Origin: Marine Group II euryarchaeote MED-G37
Lineage (GTDB): Archaea; Thermoplasmatota; Poseidoniia; Poseidoniales; Thalassarchaeaceae
Length of the DNA stretch: 64,000 bases
Direction: 5' to 3'
Assembly: GCA_002457555.1 (NCBI GenBank)
Contig: NTJQ01000002.1
Location: 64,122-128,121, forward strand
The notes under the pieces were generated by a model, which was given only the letters and a program-made list of their open reading frames with translations, was not told where the DNA came from and made no database searches. The position numbers were made by a program, and so were the translations under genes. Shown piece after piece: positions 1-9,531 of the stretch (positions are counted from its first letter, which is position 1; each line of letters begins with the position of its first letter).

Positions 1-2252
1 CGATTACTGTTGACTTGGATTACACTCCAATGGATGGAGATTATGTCAGACTAGATGCCCAACAACTTTCTGTATATTTCAAACAAAACATAGAGAGCGA
101 TCCATTTTGGGACCGAGTGGTCATTCATTCAGTAAGAAGCGATATGGGTTATTGGACTCAAGCTGATGAGTCGTGCTCAATAGGAACCTTCACCGGCCAA
201 TGTAATGTTCGAGATGCCCGTCAAGGAATGCATTTTACAGCCTACAATGATGTCTATGGTATCTCTATCGATAGCGATTGGACCTACGACGACACAACTT
301 ACTCGGCAATTGGAGATGATTGGTATGAAATTGAATCTGTTTACTTCGAAGATTATTACATTGATTACGGGACATTGGCTGATGATGAAGCAGGAAGATA
401 TTGGGAAAATATCACAATCGAAGTTTCTGAGAGTAGTACTCCCTCTTCAATGACTGTTGGTACAATATTCACAATTAGTTCTGAAAATCGGGAAGATTGG
501 TCTTGGGTAGATCTCAATGACAATGGAAGTCGAGTTGAGGATTCTGGCTCAGAATATTGGATGGAAGATACTTCGTTAGAAGGCATGCAGGAATTGTCGA
601 TAGAGTTTGAAGGATACAATGAGGCAGATTCTTCAGGCTCATCCCCCACAACACTTTCTGTTTTGCAAGTTGAGGTTAGAAACGTCTCTGATGGTGGAGA
701 GCTTGTCGATTTGCTATTATTTACAGAGTGGGGTGGTACTGCAGGATTCTATTATGATGCTGAAAACGCTACAGATTTGGTTCCAATGACAATGTGGAAT
801 AACCAGGCGGGGGGATTCCCTGATGCTGATGGAGACGGCTGTCCCGATGAAGAGGATGCATTCCCTGATGATGCTTCTGAGTGCAGTGATTTTGATTTAG
901 ATGGAATAGGTGATAACGCTGATACAGATGATGATAATGACGGCTGGGACGACATCGAAGAATTATCATGTAGCACGGATCAATTCGATTCTAGCTCATA
1001 TCCTTCTGACGTAGATTCCGACGGATTATGCAATGGTTTAGACCCAGATGACGATAATGATGGTTACGACGATCCTATTGATGATTTCCCAGAAGATCCA
1101 ACTGAGTGGAGTGATAACGATAATGATGAGATTGGGGATAATGCAGACTTGGATGATGACAATGATGGATTTTCTGATATTAATGAGCAAGATTGTGCGT
1201 CTGACCCAATGAGCGTATTCTCCCAACCACTTGATACAGATGCTGATGGAGAATGTGATGTATTGGACTCAGATGATGATAATGATGGTTGGGACGATGA
1301 CCGTGATAGTTTCCCGAAGGATCCTACGGAGTGGTTAGATACTGATTCGGATAGTATCGGCAATAACGCCGACACAGATGATGACAATGACGGCTGGATC
1401 GATACAAAGGAGGTCGAGTGTGGGACCGGTCCTTTGGATGCACTAAGTTATCCACAAGATTTTGATGGTGACTCACTTTGTGATGCCATAGATACTGATG
1501 ACGATGGAGACAAATGGTCAGATAGCGTGGACGTATTTCCTCTCGACCCGTCAGAATGGTTTGATACCGATGGTGATGGAATAGGAAATAATGCAGATAA
1601 CGATGATGATGGAGATGGTTGGTCGGATGTCGCTGAGGAAACTTGTGATGGTGACAAGGATGATTCTTCGATTGAACCAACTGATTCTGATGGCGACGGA
1701 CTTTGTGATGGTATGGATCCAGATAGGGATGGAGACGGCACAATCAATGACGATGACGCATTCCCTGACGACCCGAGTGAGAATCTAGATTCAGACGCTG
1801 ATGGAGTCGGAAACAACGCCGATTTGGATGATGATGGGGATGGTTTGTCAGATCTGGATGAAGCTGCAGCCGGTACTAACCCCTTGAACAGCGATACTGA
1901 TTCAGATGGTTGGAATGATGGATTTGATGCCTTCCCATTGAATACCGCTGAGTGGAAGGATTCAGATGGCGATGGCGTAGGTGATAACTCAGACGTGTAC
2001 CCTAATTTTTCTCTTTGGCAGACCACAGGTGACATGATATTGAGTGTATTAGTCATCGCCTTATTCATCGGATTAATTGCTGGTGGAGCAATTTTTGTTT
2101 CTGTATCGCGAAAGAAACCAGAGGCTCAACAATTTGCACAGGATTATTCACACGAAGTAAGTCCACCAAGCCCAATTGCAATGTATACTGATGAGGAGTT
2201 GCAACAAGCCGGTTGGAGCGACCAACAAATCGCCGAACAACGTGGTAAGTGA
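1..2252 (+). CDS. Cell-surface protein with thrombospondin type-3-like Ca-binding repeats and a C-terminal TM anchor (5' partial)
   Basis: The frame is open from nt 3 to the window edge, and the TTG at 15 is only the track's start. More than 15 acidic loops of the form DxDxDGxxDxxD are present (DADGDGCPDEEDAFPDD, DTDDDNDGWDD, DSDGDGLCDGMDPDRDGDG). A hydrophobic helix ILSVLVIALFIGLIAGGAIFVSV followed by SRKK lies near the C-terminus. Confidence 0.8.
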   Translation, partial: ITVDLDYTPMDGDYVRLDAQQLSVYFKQNIESDPFWDRVVIHSVRSDMGYWTQADESCSIGTFTGQCNVRDARQGMHFTAYNDVYGISIDSDWTYDDTTYSAIGDDWYEIESVYFEDYYIDYGTLADDEAGRYWENITIEVSESSTPSSMTVGTIFTISSENREDWSWVDLNDNGSRVEDSGSEYWMEDTSLEGMQELSIEFEGYNEADSSGSSPTTLSVLQVEVRNVSDGGELVDLLLFTEWGGTAGFYYDAENATDLVPMTMWNNQAGGFPDADGDGCPDEEDAFPDDASECSDFDLDGIGDNADTDDDNDGWDDIEELSCSTDQFDSSSYPSDVDSDGLCNGLDPDDDNDGYDDPIDDFPEDPTEWSDNDNDEIGDNADLDDDNDGFSDINEQDCASDPMSVFSQPLDTDADGECDVLDSDDDNDGWDDDRDSFPKDPTEWLDTDSDSIGNNADTDDDNDGWIDTKEVECGTGPLDALSYPQDFDGDSLCDAIDTDDDGDKWSDSVDVFPLDPSEWFDTDGDGIGNNADNDDDGDGWSDVAEETCDGDKDDSSIEPTDSDGDGLCDGMDPDRDGDGTINDDDAFPDDPSENLDSDADGVGNNADLDDDGDGLSDLDEAAAGTNPLNSDTDSDGWNDGFDAFPLNTAEWKDSDGDGVGDNSDVYPNFSLWQTTGDMILSVLVIALFIGLIAGGAIFVSVSRKKPEAQQFAQDYSHEVSPPSPIAMYTDEELQQAGWSDQQIAEQRGK
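822..2003 (+). repeat. Degenerate in-frame tandem array encoding TSP3-like acidic calcium-binding loops
   Basis: GAT/GAC-rich units recur about every 35-40 codons (D..D.DG.GDNAD.DDDNDGW.D). This composition generates the long Ser-rich antisense ORFs in the track. Confidence 0.8.
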
Positions 2253-2264
2253 AGCGGTTTATCT

Positions 2265-2339
2265 TGGTACGAGTGCCGGGATTTGAACCCGGGTTCAGGC
2301 GTTGGCAACGCCCGGTGATAACCACTACACTACACTCGT
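2265..2339 (-). tRNA. tRNA-Gly (anticodon GCC), CCA encoded
   Basis: The reverse complement reads ACGAGTG-TA-GTG..CAC-C-GGGCG-TTGCCAA-CGCCT-..-CCGGG-TTCAAAT-CCCGG-CACTCGT-A-CCA. It has a perfect 7-bp acceptor stem, a T-arm with TTCAAAT, and anticodon loop TTGCCAA. Confidence 0.9.
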
Positions 2340-2383
2340 GCGAAATTGCCGAATCAAGACTCACTTTTCTAAGCGTCGGTGGT

Positions 2384-2746
2384 CTAAGCAGAAAGCCTCT
2401 GTAGGTTCTCGATGATTGTATCTCGTGTACTTCGATAGACATCGATAGGTAATCCAACTGGGTCCTCAAGCCCCCAATCCTCTGCGATGGGAAGCATTGG
2501 GCATTCAACTCCACAGCCCATGCTGATTATCATATCCCAGCCTTCAGTTTCTATGTCGTCAACAGATTTTGGTTTGAGACCAGAGGTGCTAACTCCCATT
2601 TCCTCCAATACTGTTAGTGAATTTGCAGCCACACTCATCCCTGGATGCGTTCCTGCCGATGCTGCTTCATGGCCAAAACTTCGAGCCAATGCTTCTGCCA
2701 TTTGGCTTCGACAGGTATTCCCCACACAGACAAAAAGTAGCCGCAT
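2384..2746 (-). CDS. Low-molecular-weight phosphotyrosine phosphatase / arsenate reductase (ArsC) family protein
   Basis: The N-terminal P-loop MRLLFVCVGNTCRSQMAEA carries the CX5R(S) signature, and a second Cys pair lies in GCGVECP. Length is 120 aa. Confidence 0.8.
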   Translation of the reverse strand: MRLLFVCVGNTCRSQMAEALARSFGHEAASAGTHPGMSVAANSLTVLEEMGVSTSGLKPKSVDDIETEGWDMIISMGCGVECPMLPIAEDWGLEDPVGLPIDVYRSTRDTIIENLQRLSA

Positions 2747-2880
2747 ATACCGTCTGTAATAGCCAACCTACTTGAAGGAAACACCAATAGAATACAGCCT
2801 AAAGGGCTGATTTTTGCTTAGAGTTTGTTTTATTTTCACCACGCAGGCTTGAAGTAGGCCTCACCTCGCCCTTTGAATCA

Positions 2881-3912
2881 ATGTCTGATTCGCCAATCTC
2901 TCACCATCCCGGCGGCGGTCTTCCAATGGCTGAATCACAAAACTCATCAGAGGAAACACCTGCCTCACCAGAACAGAAGGCGCAAATGGAGCAAGCTTAC
3001 GCCCAGATGCGCCGAAAGATGCGCATGACCCAGTTAGACGAGGAGATCAAACACAAGGTAATGGTTCTCTCTGGTAAGGGCGGAGTAGGCAAATCGACAG
3101 TGTCGGTTGGGCTAGCTCTTTCCCTAGCCAGAAAAGGAAAAAAGGTCGGTCTAATGGATATCGACATCACCGGCCCTAATGTACCGAAGATGCTTGGCAT
3201 TGATGATGCTGAATTACATGTAGAAGAAGGCCAAATTTTCCCAGCGATTGGACCTCATGGCGTCAAAGTAATTTCTATGGCCTTCCTAATCGAAGATCCT
3301 GATAAGCCGGTTATTTGGCGCGGCCCAATCAAACTTGGAGCAATCCAACAATTCATTGGAGATGTTGCATGGGGTGAATTAGACGCCCTAATCATCGACT
3401 TCCCACCAGGCACCAGTGATGAGCCACTTACAGTATCACAGAGTCTTCCGGGTATTGATGGAGTAGTAATCGTAACAACACCTCAAGATGTTGCTTTACT
3501 GGATTCCCGAAAATCAATTAATTTCGCCAAAACAATTTCTTTGCCATGTCTAGGAGTTGTGGAAAATATGAGTGGTTATACAATCCATGGCAAGGCCGAG
3601 CCTAAATCAGAAATCAGTGTGATGGGACCTACTGGAACCGCTATTGAAACCACCACTGATGAGAATGGAGATTGGTCTGTTACCCTAGACGTCTTCAAGT
3701 CGGGCGGAGGAGAGGCCGCAGCAGTAGAACTTGAAGTTCCATTCCTTGGTGCTCTACCATTTGATCCAGGTATTGTCAGAGGAGGCGACGATGGGGTGCA
3801 TCGCATTATTGCTGAACCAGATGGTGCTACTGCCGTCGCCTTCGATGAGGTGGTTGAGAATGTCTTGGTCGAATTAGAGGGAAGTAGTGGCCCAACCGTC
3901 CGAATCTCTTAG
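2881..3912 (+). CDS. Mrp/NBP35 (ApbC) family P-loop ATPase, atypical because it lacks the CXXC motif
   Basis: A deviant Walker A SGKGGVGKST is present, with DFPPGTSDE and VENMS blocks. The region after VENMS has no CxxC, and the whole protein contains a single Cys. Confidence 0.75.
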   Translation: MSDSPISHHPGGGLPMAESQNSSEETPASPEQKAQMEQAYAQMRRKMRMTQLDEEIKHKVMVLSGKGGVGKSTVSVGLALSLARKGKKVGLMDIDITGPNVPKMLGIDDAELHVEEGQIFPAIGPHGVKVISMAFLIEDPDKPVIWRGPIKLGAIQQFIGDVAWGELDALIIDFPPGTSDEPLTVSQSLPGIDGVVIVTTPQDVALLDSRKSINFAKTISLPCLGVVENMSGYTIHGKAEPKSEISVMGPTGTAIETTTDENGDWSVTLDVFKSGGGEAAAVELEVPFLGALPFDPGIVRGGDDGVHRIIAEPDGATAVAFDEVVENVLVELEGSSGPTVRIS

Positions 3913-4009
3913 ATTCGGATGAATTGGGGTTGTTTCGTCGGTCTTTTTCCTTAGGGGTGGATTCTTGAGACATTGGTTACCTCGATGATTTAGGGGAGTG
4001 TAGAGAGGC

Positions 4010-6142
4010 ATGGCGGGTGGCTCTGGAATCTACATCTCTTGGTTGATGGGTGCTATTCTGCTATCCGTCGCCCTAATGCCTCTGATGAAGCCACCCTGGG
4101 CCAAAATCAGAATCCAAGGCTTCGTCGATATGTTTCGTCGTTACTGGGCTCACATGTTTGTGGTATTCTCGGTCTATCTTTGGAAGGATCTTCTCGACCA
4201 AGTTGACCGTATTTTGATGGCCAATACTCAAATCGATATGACGCCATATGTTTACGCTATCGAGGGCGATATCGTACTGTGGATTCAGGATGCTTTCCAA
4301 AACGACCTACTGTCGATTGGTCTGACTCATTTCTATGTCATGGGTTTCATGACAGCAACCTTTGCATCATTCGTTTACCCGATTTATTTCGATGATCGTC
4401 ATATGGCTGACAGAGTCTCGTTGTCGATGTTTTGGGTCTATGTTTTAGCAATCCCGTTCTACTTATTTTTCAACGTTAGAGTAACCGGAGATCATATTCC
4501 GGCAATGGAAACAATCGCCTACGATTTGACTCCAGAAATACACAATTGGTTCACTAGAATCGACCCTTTCACTAATGGCATGCCGAGTCTGCATATTGGC
4601 CTGCCGTTTGCAGTATGGTTGACGTATCTGAAGTGGGATGAAGATGGTCGCTGGGCCAAGTTTAGAACCGCTCTTATGGCATTTATCTTGCTAACAGGAT
4701 TTACTATTCTGTATCTTGGAATACATTGGGTTGTTGACATAATTGGTGGTATTCTAGTCGCAACCCTCGCCGTAAGGTTAACTGAAAGAACCCATGAGCC
4801 CGTCTGGCGATTTGCAGACGAACGTCTCTTTACACGGCGATTAGCCAGATTCATGAAAGATCCAAGGGCTTGGTTTGGAGGTTTCAAAAAATCTCTAAAG
4901 AGACAGATTGACCCCTACAGAGAGCCATCGAAAACCCAAACAGGGGCGGTGATTGTTGCAATCCTTATTGGAACCGGATTGGTTCTCCTTTGGGATGCAA
5001 CACACCAAGATTTCCCTGTTGAGGGAGTCACTCCAACTTACACCGCCGGTTCAGGAGATTGGTTAGTTACTGTACAAGAAAATGATAACGGAACAGTGGA
5101 CTTTATTTCTTGGAGCTCTGAGTATAGGAAATTGGACACAGTTTCTACAATAATTCTTGGAGAAGAAGGGTGGACTTCTGTTCCAAGAGTTTCGGCTTCA
5201 GAAAAGGGAGTAGTTATTTTTGATAATCAAAAGTTAGAATTTTGGTCATTTAATAATGAAGATCAGACATTCAATCTAGATTGGTTAAGAGTAGAAAATA
5301 ATCCTAATTCTGATCCAATAATCAATGTCATATTAACTCAAAATGCCGAACAAGAGGCTGTTATTGTAGTAGTTTATTCCGATGAGTTAGTTTATCGAGA
5401 TAGAGAAGGTCTGATTACAGAATATCCCTCACTAGAAGGCCCATTCAATATTGTTGCCTCATCAGGTTCCCAAATCGCTATTGCAAACTCTACGGAGAGT
5501 GGTCCAGCCTTGGAAATCCTTTCTCTTGCTACTCAGTTTACTGCACGTATCGATATCGGAGATACGACTGATGAGGATGTTGATGAATTTCTTGAGGATT
5601 TATTTGAAGAACCTGTAGATTATTCCAATTCAACAATAGTAGACCTTGTAATGGAAGATGACTATATCGTCGCGGTAGTCGATGTAGGACCTGTTAATCG
5701 CACAATTCTAATTGATTTGAGGACAGGAGCACAACTATTGCTTTCAGATCCAGTTTGGCCTTCTTCCTCACCAAGTATCTTAGGAGGAACTGTTGCATTT
5801 CTTCAAATCCCTAGATTTGACCCAACTGCCGAAGACGATGATTTACTAACTGCTAGGGATGTATTCCTTCACGATATAGATGAGAATAGAACATTGCAGT
5901 TGACAATTGATGAGGAGGTTGACCAATCTAACCCCCAAGTCCTGAACTCTAATGTTGCGTGGATAGAAAGTCAGGAAGACGGTGATTTGGAAATACGAAT
6001 GTATGCATTGGAAGAAACCTTTGAGCCCTATTCTTCTGTAGTCTTACAATCCTCGATTGTACTACTCATTCCAATGATGATATTGTATGCCTTCCAATCG
6101 GCAAACGAATCATCAAGATTTAATTTTCGTCGAGAAAATTGA
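4010..6142 (+). CDS. Membrane protein: N-terminal PAP2-type (Aur1/Ipt1-like) phosphotransferase domain plus a large extracytoplasmic domain and a C-terminal TM
   Basis: The N-terminal third has multiple TM helices and carries the PSLH (NGMPSLHIGLPF) and HWVVDIIGG motifs typical of the PAP2 C2/C3 boxes. About 350 aa of acidic, beta-rich region follow, then a terminal hydrophobic helix. Confidence 0.6.
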   Translation: MAGGSGIYISWLMGAILLSVALMPLMKPPWAKIRIQGFVDMFRRYWAHMFVVFSVYLWKDLLDQVDRILMANTQIDMTPYVYAIEGDIVLWIQDAFQNDLLSIGLTHFYVMGFMTATFASFVYPIYFDDRHMADRVSLSMFWVYVLAIPFYLFFNVRVTGDHIPAMETIAYDLTPEIHNWFTRIDPFTNGMPSLHIGLPFAVWLTYLKWDEDGRWAKFRTALMAFILLTGFTILYLGIHWVVDIIGGILVATLAVRLTERTHEPVWRFADERLFTRRLARFMKDPRAWFGGFKKSLKRQIDPYREPSKTQTGAVIVAILIGTGLVLLWDATHQDFPVEGVTPTYTAGSGDWLVTVQENDNGTVDFISWSSEYRKLDTVSTIILGEEGWTSVPRVSASEKGVVIFDNQKLEFWSFNNEDQTFNLDWLRVENNPNSDPIINVILTQNAEQEAVIVVVYSDELVYRDREGLITEYPSLEGPFNIVASSGSQIAIANSTESGPALEILSLATQFTARIDIGDTTDEDVDEFLEDLFEEPVDYSNSTIVDLVMEDDYIVAVVDVGPVNRTILIDLRTGAQLLLSDPVWPSSSPSILGGTVAFLQIPRFDPTAEDDDLLTARDVFLHDIDENRTLQLTIDEEVDQSNPQVLNSNVAWIESQEDGDLEIRMYALEETFEPYSSVVLQSSIVLLIPMMILYAFQSANESSRFNFRREN

Positions 6143-6143
6143 A

Positions 6144-7229
6144 TCACTCTGCAAGCCTGAACATTTCGTCTAGACTTCTTTGAGCACGCTGTATAATTTC
6201 CTCATTAAGTTCGATGATTTGTGCCGGCTGAGGATCTCGAAGTGCCTGAAGTATGTCCTCCAATTGGGTCATTTTCATGTAACGGCACATAACACAAGTC
6301 CCGATTAGATTCAAATCATTTTCAGATTCAGCTCTAACTCGATCAGCAGTACCACATTCGGTAATTAGCATAATATCGGATTTTCCTTCTGAACCTAGCC
6401 TCAAAGCCTCTTCTCGCAGTACTTCACTACTACCAACAATGTCGCTTTCTGCAATCACGTCCGCATCACATTCTGGATGACTGAGGACCTGTAATACGAT
6501 ACCCTGCTCAGCGGTTCTCTCTCTCCATGAGCGTATTTTCGCACCAGTGAATGTGGCGTGAACATAACATTCACCATCGTAATTGATGACCTCCTTACGT
6601 CCAGCCAGATGTTCAGCCAGATGTTTACCCATCAATTGGTCGGGGACGAAGATTAATCTGTCACCAGGGAGTTTCTCACAAATTCTGAGATAATTACTAC
6701 TGGTTACACAAACATCAACCTCTGCTTTCACCTCGGCGCTTGTATTGATGTAACAGGCCACAGGAACTCCAGGATAAAGCGACTTTAGTTCACGGACATC
6801 CTCTGCAGTTATGCTATCAGAAAGCGTACATCCGGATTCCGGAGATGGGTGTAAAACAGTCTTGTGAGGGCTGACTATTTTTGCGGTCTCGGCCATAAAT
6901 CGTACACTGGAGAATAGAATAGTTTGCTGAGGTGCATCTCTAGCGGCCTTCGATAGTGAGTAACTATCCGATACCGAGTCGGCCACCCCATATACGATAT
7001 CTGGAGTTTGATAAGAGTGAGCGATAAGAAAAACATCGTTCTTTTTCTTTAATTGATTAATTTCGAGGGTTAAAGGTGCAATTGTTTTACAGGTCTCGAT
7101 ATCCCACAGTCTGCCTTGATTGATGACCTTTTGTAGTCGAATAGCCTCAGTTTCAATTTCTTCCTCTGAATATGACTTGGGAGTCACTGAACCCCGTGGT
7201 AAGGGGGCCGACGGCATCTGCATTGTCAT
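6144..7229 (-). CDS. nadA: Quinolinate synthase NadA
   Basis: Family blocks are present: FLIAHSYQ, FMAETAKI, GCTLSD, CYINTS, VTSSN, HPEC, GS, TECG and CxxCxYMK. Confidence 0.85.
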   Translation of the reverse strand: MTMQMPSAPLPRGSVTPKSYSEEEIETEAIRLQKVINQGRLWDIETCKTIAPLTLEINQLKKKNDVFLIAHSYQTPDIVYGVADSVSDSYSLSKAARDAPQQTILFSSVRFMAETAKIVSPHKTVLHPSPESGCTLSDSITAEDVRELKSLYPGVPVACYINTSAEVKAEVDVCVTSSNYLRICEKLPGDRLIFVPDQLMGKHLAEHLAGRKEVINYDGECYVHATFTGAKIRSWRERTAEQGIVLQVLSHPECDADVIAESDIVGSSEVLREEALRLGSEGKSDIMLITECGTADRVRAESENDLNLIGTCVMCRYMKMTQLEDILQALRDPQPAQIIELNEEIIQRAQRSLDEMFRLAE

Positions 7230-7287
7230 CTAATCTCGCTACTTCGTCCTGTGCAACCGCTTTCAAGGCATCTCATCTCGGAGGGAC

Positions 7288-7962
7288 ATGGCCGAAGAGG
7301 CGATTCCGATGTGGATAGAGGACTCAGTTCTTCATATCGGAGCAGAAGCAACTGCAATATCTGGTTCATGGATGGGTAGGGAAGCAGTACTAAAAAAGCG
7401 TGAACCAAGAGACTATCGGCACCCTTCTTTAGACAGGAAATTAACCCGACAAAGATTGGCTGTAGAGGCTAGGATTATTGCACGATTACAAGATATAGAC
7501 TTCTCTTCTCCTTTACTACTTGATGTGGATGCAGAGGGTGGGTGGATATTGATATCAAGAATCGATGGAGTGCCTTTGTATGATGCATTACAGAATGGGG
7601 ATGCAGGGCTACAAGAAATCCGTAAGTTCGGAGAATTGATTAGAGAATTGCATGAAAATGATATCGCTCATGGGGACTTAACTACACACAACGTACTAAT
7701 CGATGAACATGGAAATTTGACCCTTATTGACTACGGTCTTGCTAAAATTGCCCCAGAAATCGAACAACTCGGATTAGACTTACAGGTCCTAAATGAGTGC
7801 CTAACAGCCAGCCATTACAATTTCGAATCAGCAGTTAAAACAATGGTTGAGGGTTATTTGTCCGCTGATTCAGGAAACTCAATGGCCATTTCCAACATAT
7901 CCGCAAAGGAAGTAGTTGAGCGATTCAATGCTATTCGTGGCCGAGTCAGATACCATGCTTGA
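7288..7962 (+). CDS. bud32: Bud32/PRPK-type atypical Ser/Thr kinase (KEOPS subunit), stand-alone
   Basis: It is a small kinase with catalytic-loop HGDLTTHNVLI and LIDYGLA (DFG-equivalent). Length is 224 aa. No Kae1 gene is adjacent. Confidence 0.75.
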   Translation: MAEEAIPMWIEDSVLHIGAEATAISGSWMGREAVLKKREPRDYRHPSLDRKLTRQRLAVEARIIARLQDIDFSSPLLLDVDAEGGWILISRIDGVPLYDALQNGDAGLQEIRKFGELIRELHENDIAHGDLTTHNVLIDEHGNLTLIDYGLAKIAPEIEQLGLDLQVLNECLTASHYNFESAVKTMVEGYLSADSGNSMAISNISAKEVVERFNAIRGRVRYHA

Positions 7963-7971
7963 GTTGAGCTC

Positions 7972-8565
7972 ATGAGAATCCTCTTTGCAACAGGTAATGA
8001 AAATAAAATTGTAGAAGTCAGAGAGGTACTAGAACCTCTTGGACACACCGTCGAGGGCTTGGTAATAGATGGAAAAAGGCCGAATTTCAACGAGCCAAAG
8101 GAACTCGGATTAGAGGGGGTAGCAGAATCAAAAATCCGACAAGCACTCGATTTGATTCAAGGAAGCGAATTAGAGGGAAGCGCAATCCTTGTCGAAGATT
8201 CAGGCATATTCCTAGATGCATTTCCTGAATGGCCTGGTGCCCAATCTTCGGATGTAGAGAAAGAAATTGGTCTTGAAGGAATAATTGATCGAGTTAATGA
8301 ATCCGGAAATAGCGGTGCAGAATATAGAGCGGTAGCGATTCTCTCAAATGGTAATCAAGTATGGAAATCACAGGGAATATGCCGGGGTAAAATATCCAAC
8401 CAACCAAGAGGTAGTAATGGCTTCGGATATGACCCAATTTTCATCCCAGAAGAAGGCGGTGGAGGGACCTTCGGAGAATTGGGTAAAGAGATTAAAAATC
8501 AGATTTCCCACAGGAAAAAAGTCATGGAAGGGCTCTCAAATCTTCTCAAATCCCCGTCAAAGTGA
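7972..8565 (+). CDS. Non-canonical purine NTP pyrophosphatase (RdgB/HAM1 family)
   Basis: The N-terminus ILFATGNENKIVE and the C-terminal GFGYDPIF...SHR motifs match the family. Confidence 0.8.
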   Translation: MRILFATGNENKIVEVREVLEPLGHTVEGLVIDGKRPNFNEPKELGLEGVAESKIRQALDLIQGSELEGSAILVEDSGIFLDAFPEWPGAQSSDVEKEIGLEGIIDRVNESGNSGAEYRAVAILSNGNQVWKSQGICRGKISNQPRGSNGFGYDPIFIPEEGGGGTFGELGKEIKNQISHRKKVMEGLSNLLKSPSK

Positions 8566-8601
8566 ATAGAGACCAGCCGCTGTGGTAGCCGAGGAACAGA
8601 C

Positions 8602-9495
8602 ATGGTTTCGTACACCCGACTCTTGCTTCTATTCCTTCTAGGACTAGGAACACCTCTGTTCTTACTCTTCCAAGGTTCGATGAATCTTGGTCAACAAATC
8701 GCAGCGGGAACAGTGCTATTGGCCTTCCTCTCTCTCTTCGTATTTTCAGGCAGAAAGCCACTTCCCTCAACTCCGAAGTCTCCTGTAGTCGAGATCGAAG
8801 AAGAGGATGAGGAACCCGAATCTGCACCAGTACCTGAAGTAGTCAAGGCGGAAGAGCAAGAAATTCGTCGCAGTCGACGCCGAGTTGCAGACCCAGTTTC
8901 GGCACCCCCTGAGCTCCCACTTCCTCCAATTGCTATGCCAAGTCCCGGTGCACCAATGCCGGCACCGAATATGCCAATGCCCCCACCCATGCCTTCTCCA
9001 CAAGCCCCTACTATTGCTGGAGATGGAGAGAACGTTGCTCAGCGTCTAGTGGTCTCTCGAGATGCCCAATCAGAAATGGAAACTGAAATCGAGGGTTATG
9101 TCGAGCAACAACGTGAGAAAAGGGCGGTTATTCGTGGAAAAATCGACCGGCGTCGTCGTATGGCACTAGCTGAGAGAAAGGCGGCTAAAGTCAGAATGTG
9201 GACAGAGTTAGAGGATGGAGAAGACCTCAGTGCTTTACTGAATCAAGTAGATCATGGGTTAACTGTAATTGAAGAAGACGAAAGCCCCGATGACTCGTCT
9301 CCATTAGGTGTATCATATGTTAGAATTGACGAGTCTAGAATACTCAAAATCAGAGTTCCATTGAAGATTCCAGAGAAGGCAGTAAGTAAACCAGCCGAGG
9401 AATTACCCAAAGTGGAGGATATGCCTCCTCCGCCTACTGGTTTACCACCAATGCCGCCACCACCTGGAATGCCTCCACCTCCACCTCCTGAGTGA
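8602..9495 (+). CDS. Hypothetical membrane protein with proline-rich tracts
   Basis: Two N-terminal hydrophobic helices are followed by PPELPLPPIAMPSPGAPMPAPNMPMPPPMPSPQAP, a charged helical segment, and the terminal MPPPPTGLPPMPPPPGMPPPPPPE. Confidence 0.55.
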   Translation: MVSYTRLLLLFLLGLGTPLFLLFQGSMNLGQQIAAGTVLLAFLSLFVFSGRKPLPSTPKSPVVEIEEEDEEPESAPVPEVVKAEEQEIRRSRRRVADPVSAPPELPLPPIAMPSPGAPMPAPNMPMPPPMPSPQAPTIAGDGENVAQRLVVSRDAQSEMETEIEGYVEQQREKRAVIRGKIDRRRRMALAERKAAKVRMWTELEDGEDLSALLNQVDHGLTVIEEDESPDDSSPLGVSYVRIDESRILKIRVPLKIPEKAVSKPAEELPKVEDMPPPPTGLPPMPPPPGMPPPPPPE

Positions 9496-9531
9496 GCGTA
9501 TCTTCAAGCGGCGGTGGCTCCTCGGACAACC

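Noticed and set aside
365-2068. Long antisense and alternative-frame ORFs inside the first gene (e.g. 752-976, 1064-1387, 1324-1743, 1448-2068)
   Set aside because: They are Ser/His-rich mirror images of the GAT/GAC-rich acidic repeat array and have no motifs. The sense frame has a coherent repeat architecture and a TM anchor.
2065-2514. 149-aa minus-strand ORF
   Set aside because: It runs straight through the tRNA-Gly(GCC) gene and the 3' end of the flanking CDSs, so it is a chance ORF.
2795-2815. Terminator-like hairpin CAGCC-TAAAG-GGCTG followed by T5 in the arsC/mrp divergent spacer
   Set aside because: No co-oriented upstream gene exists that it could terminate. The stem is only 5 bp, so it is probably a promoter-region coincidence. 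The nearby CCTACTTGAAG/CTTGAAGTAGG inverted pair (2767-2777 and ~2852-2862) is also short and imperfect.
8691-9003. Antisense ORFs opposite the proline-rich gene
   Set aside because: They are Gly/Ser-rich reverse complements of CCN-rich codons and carry no independent signal.
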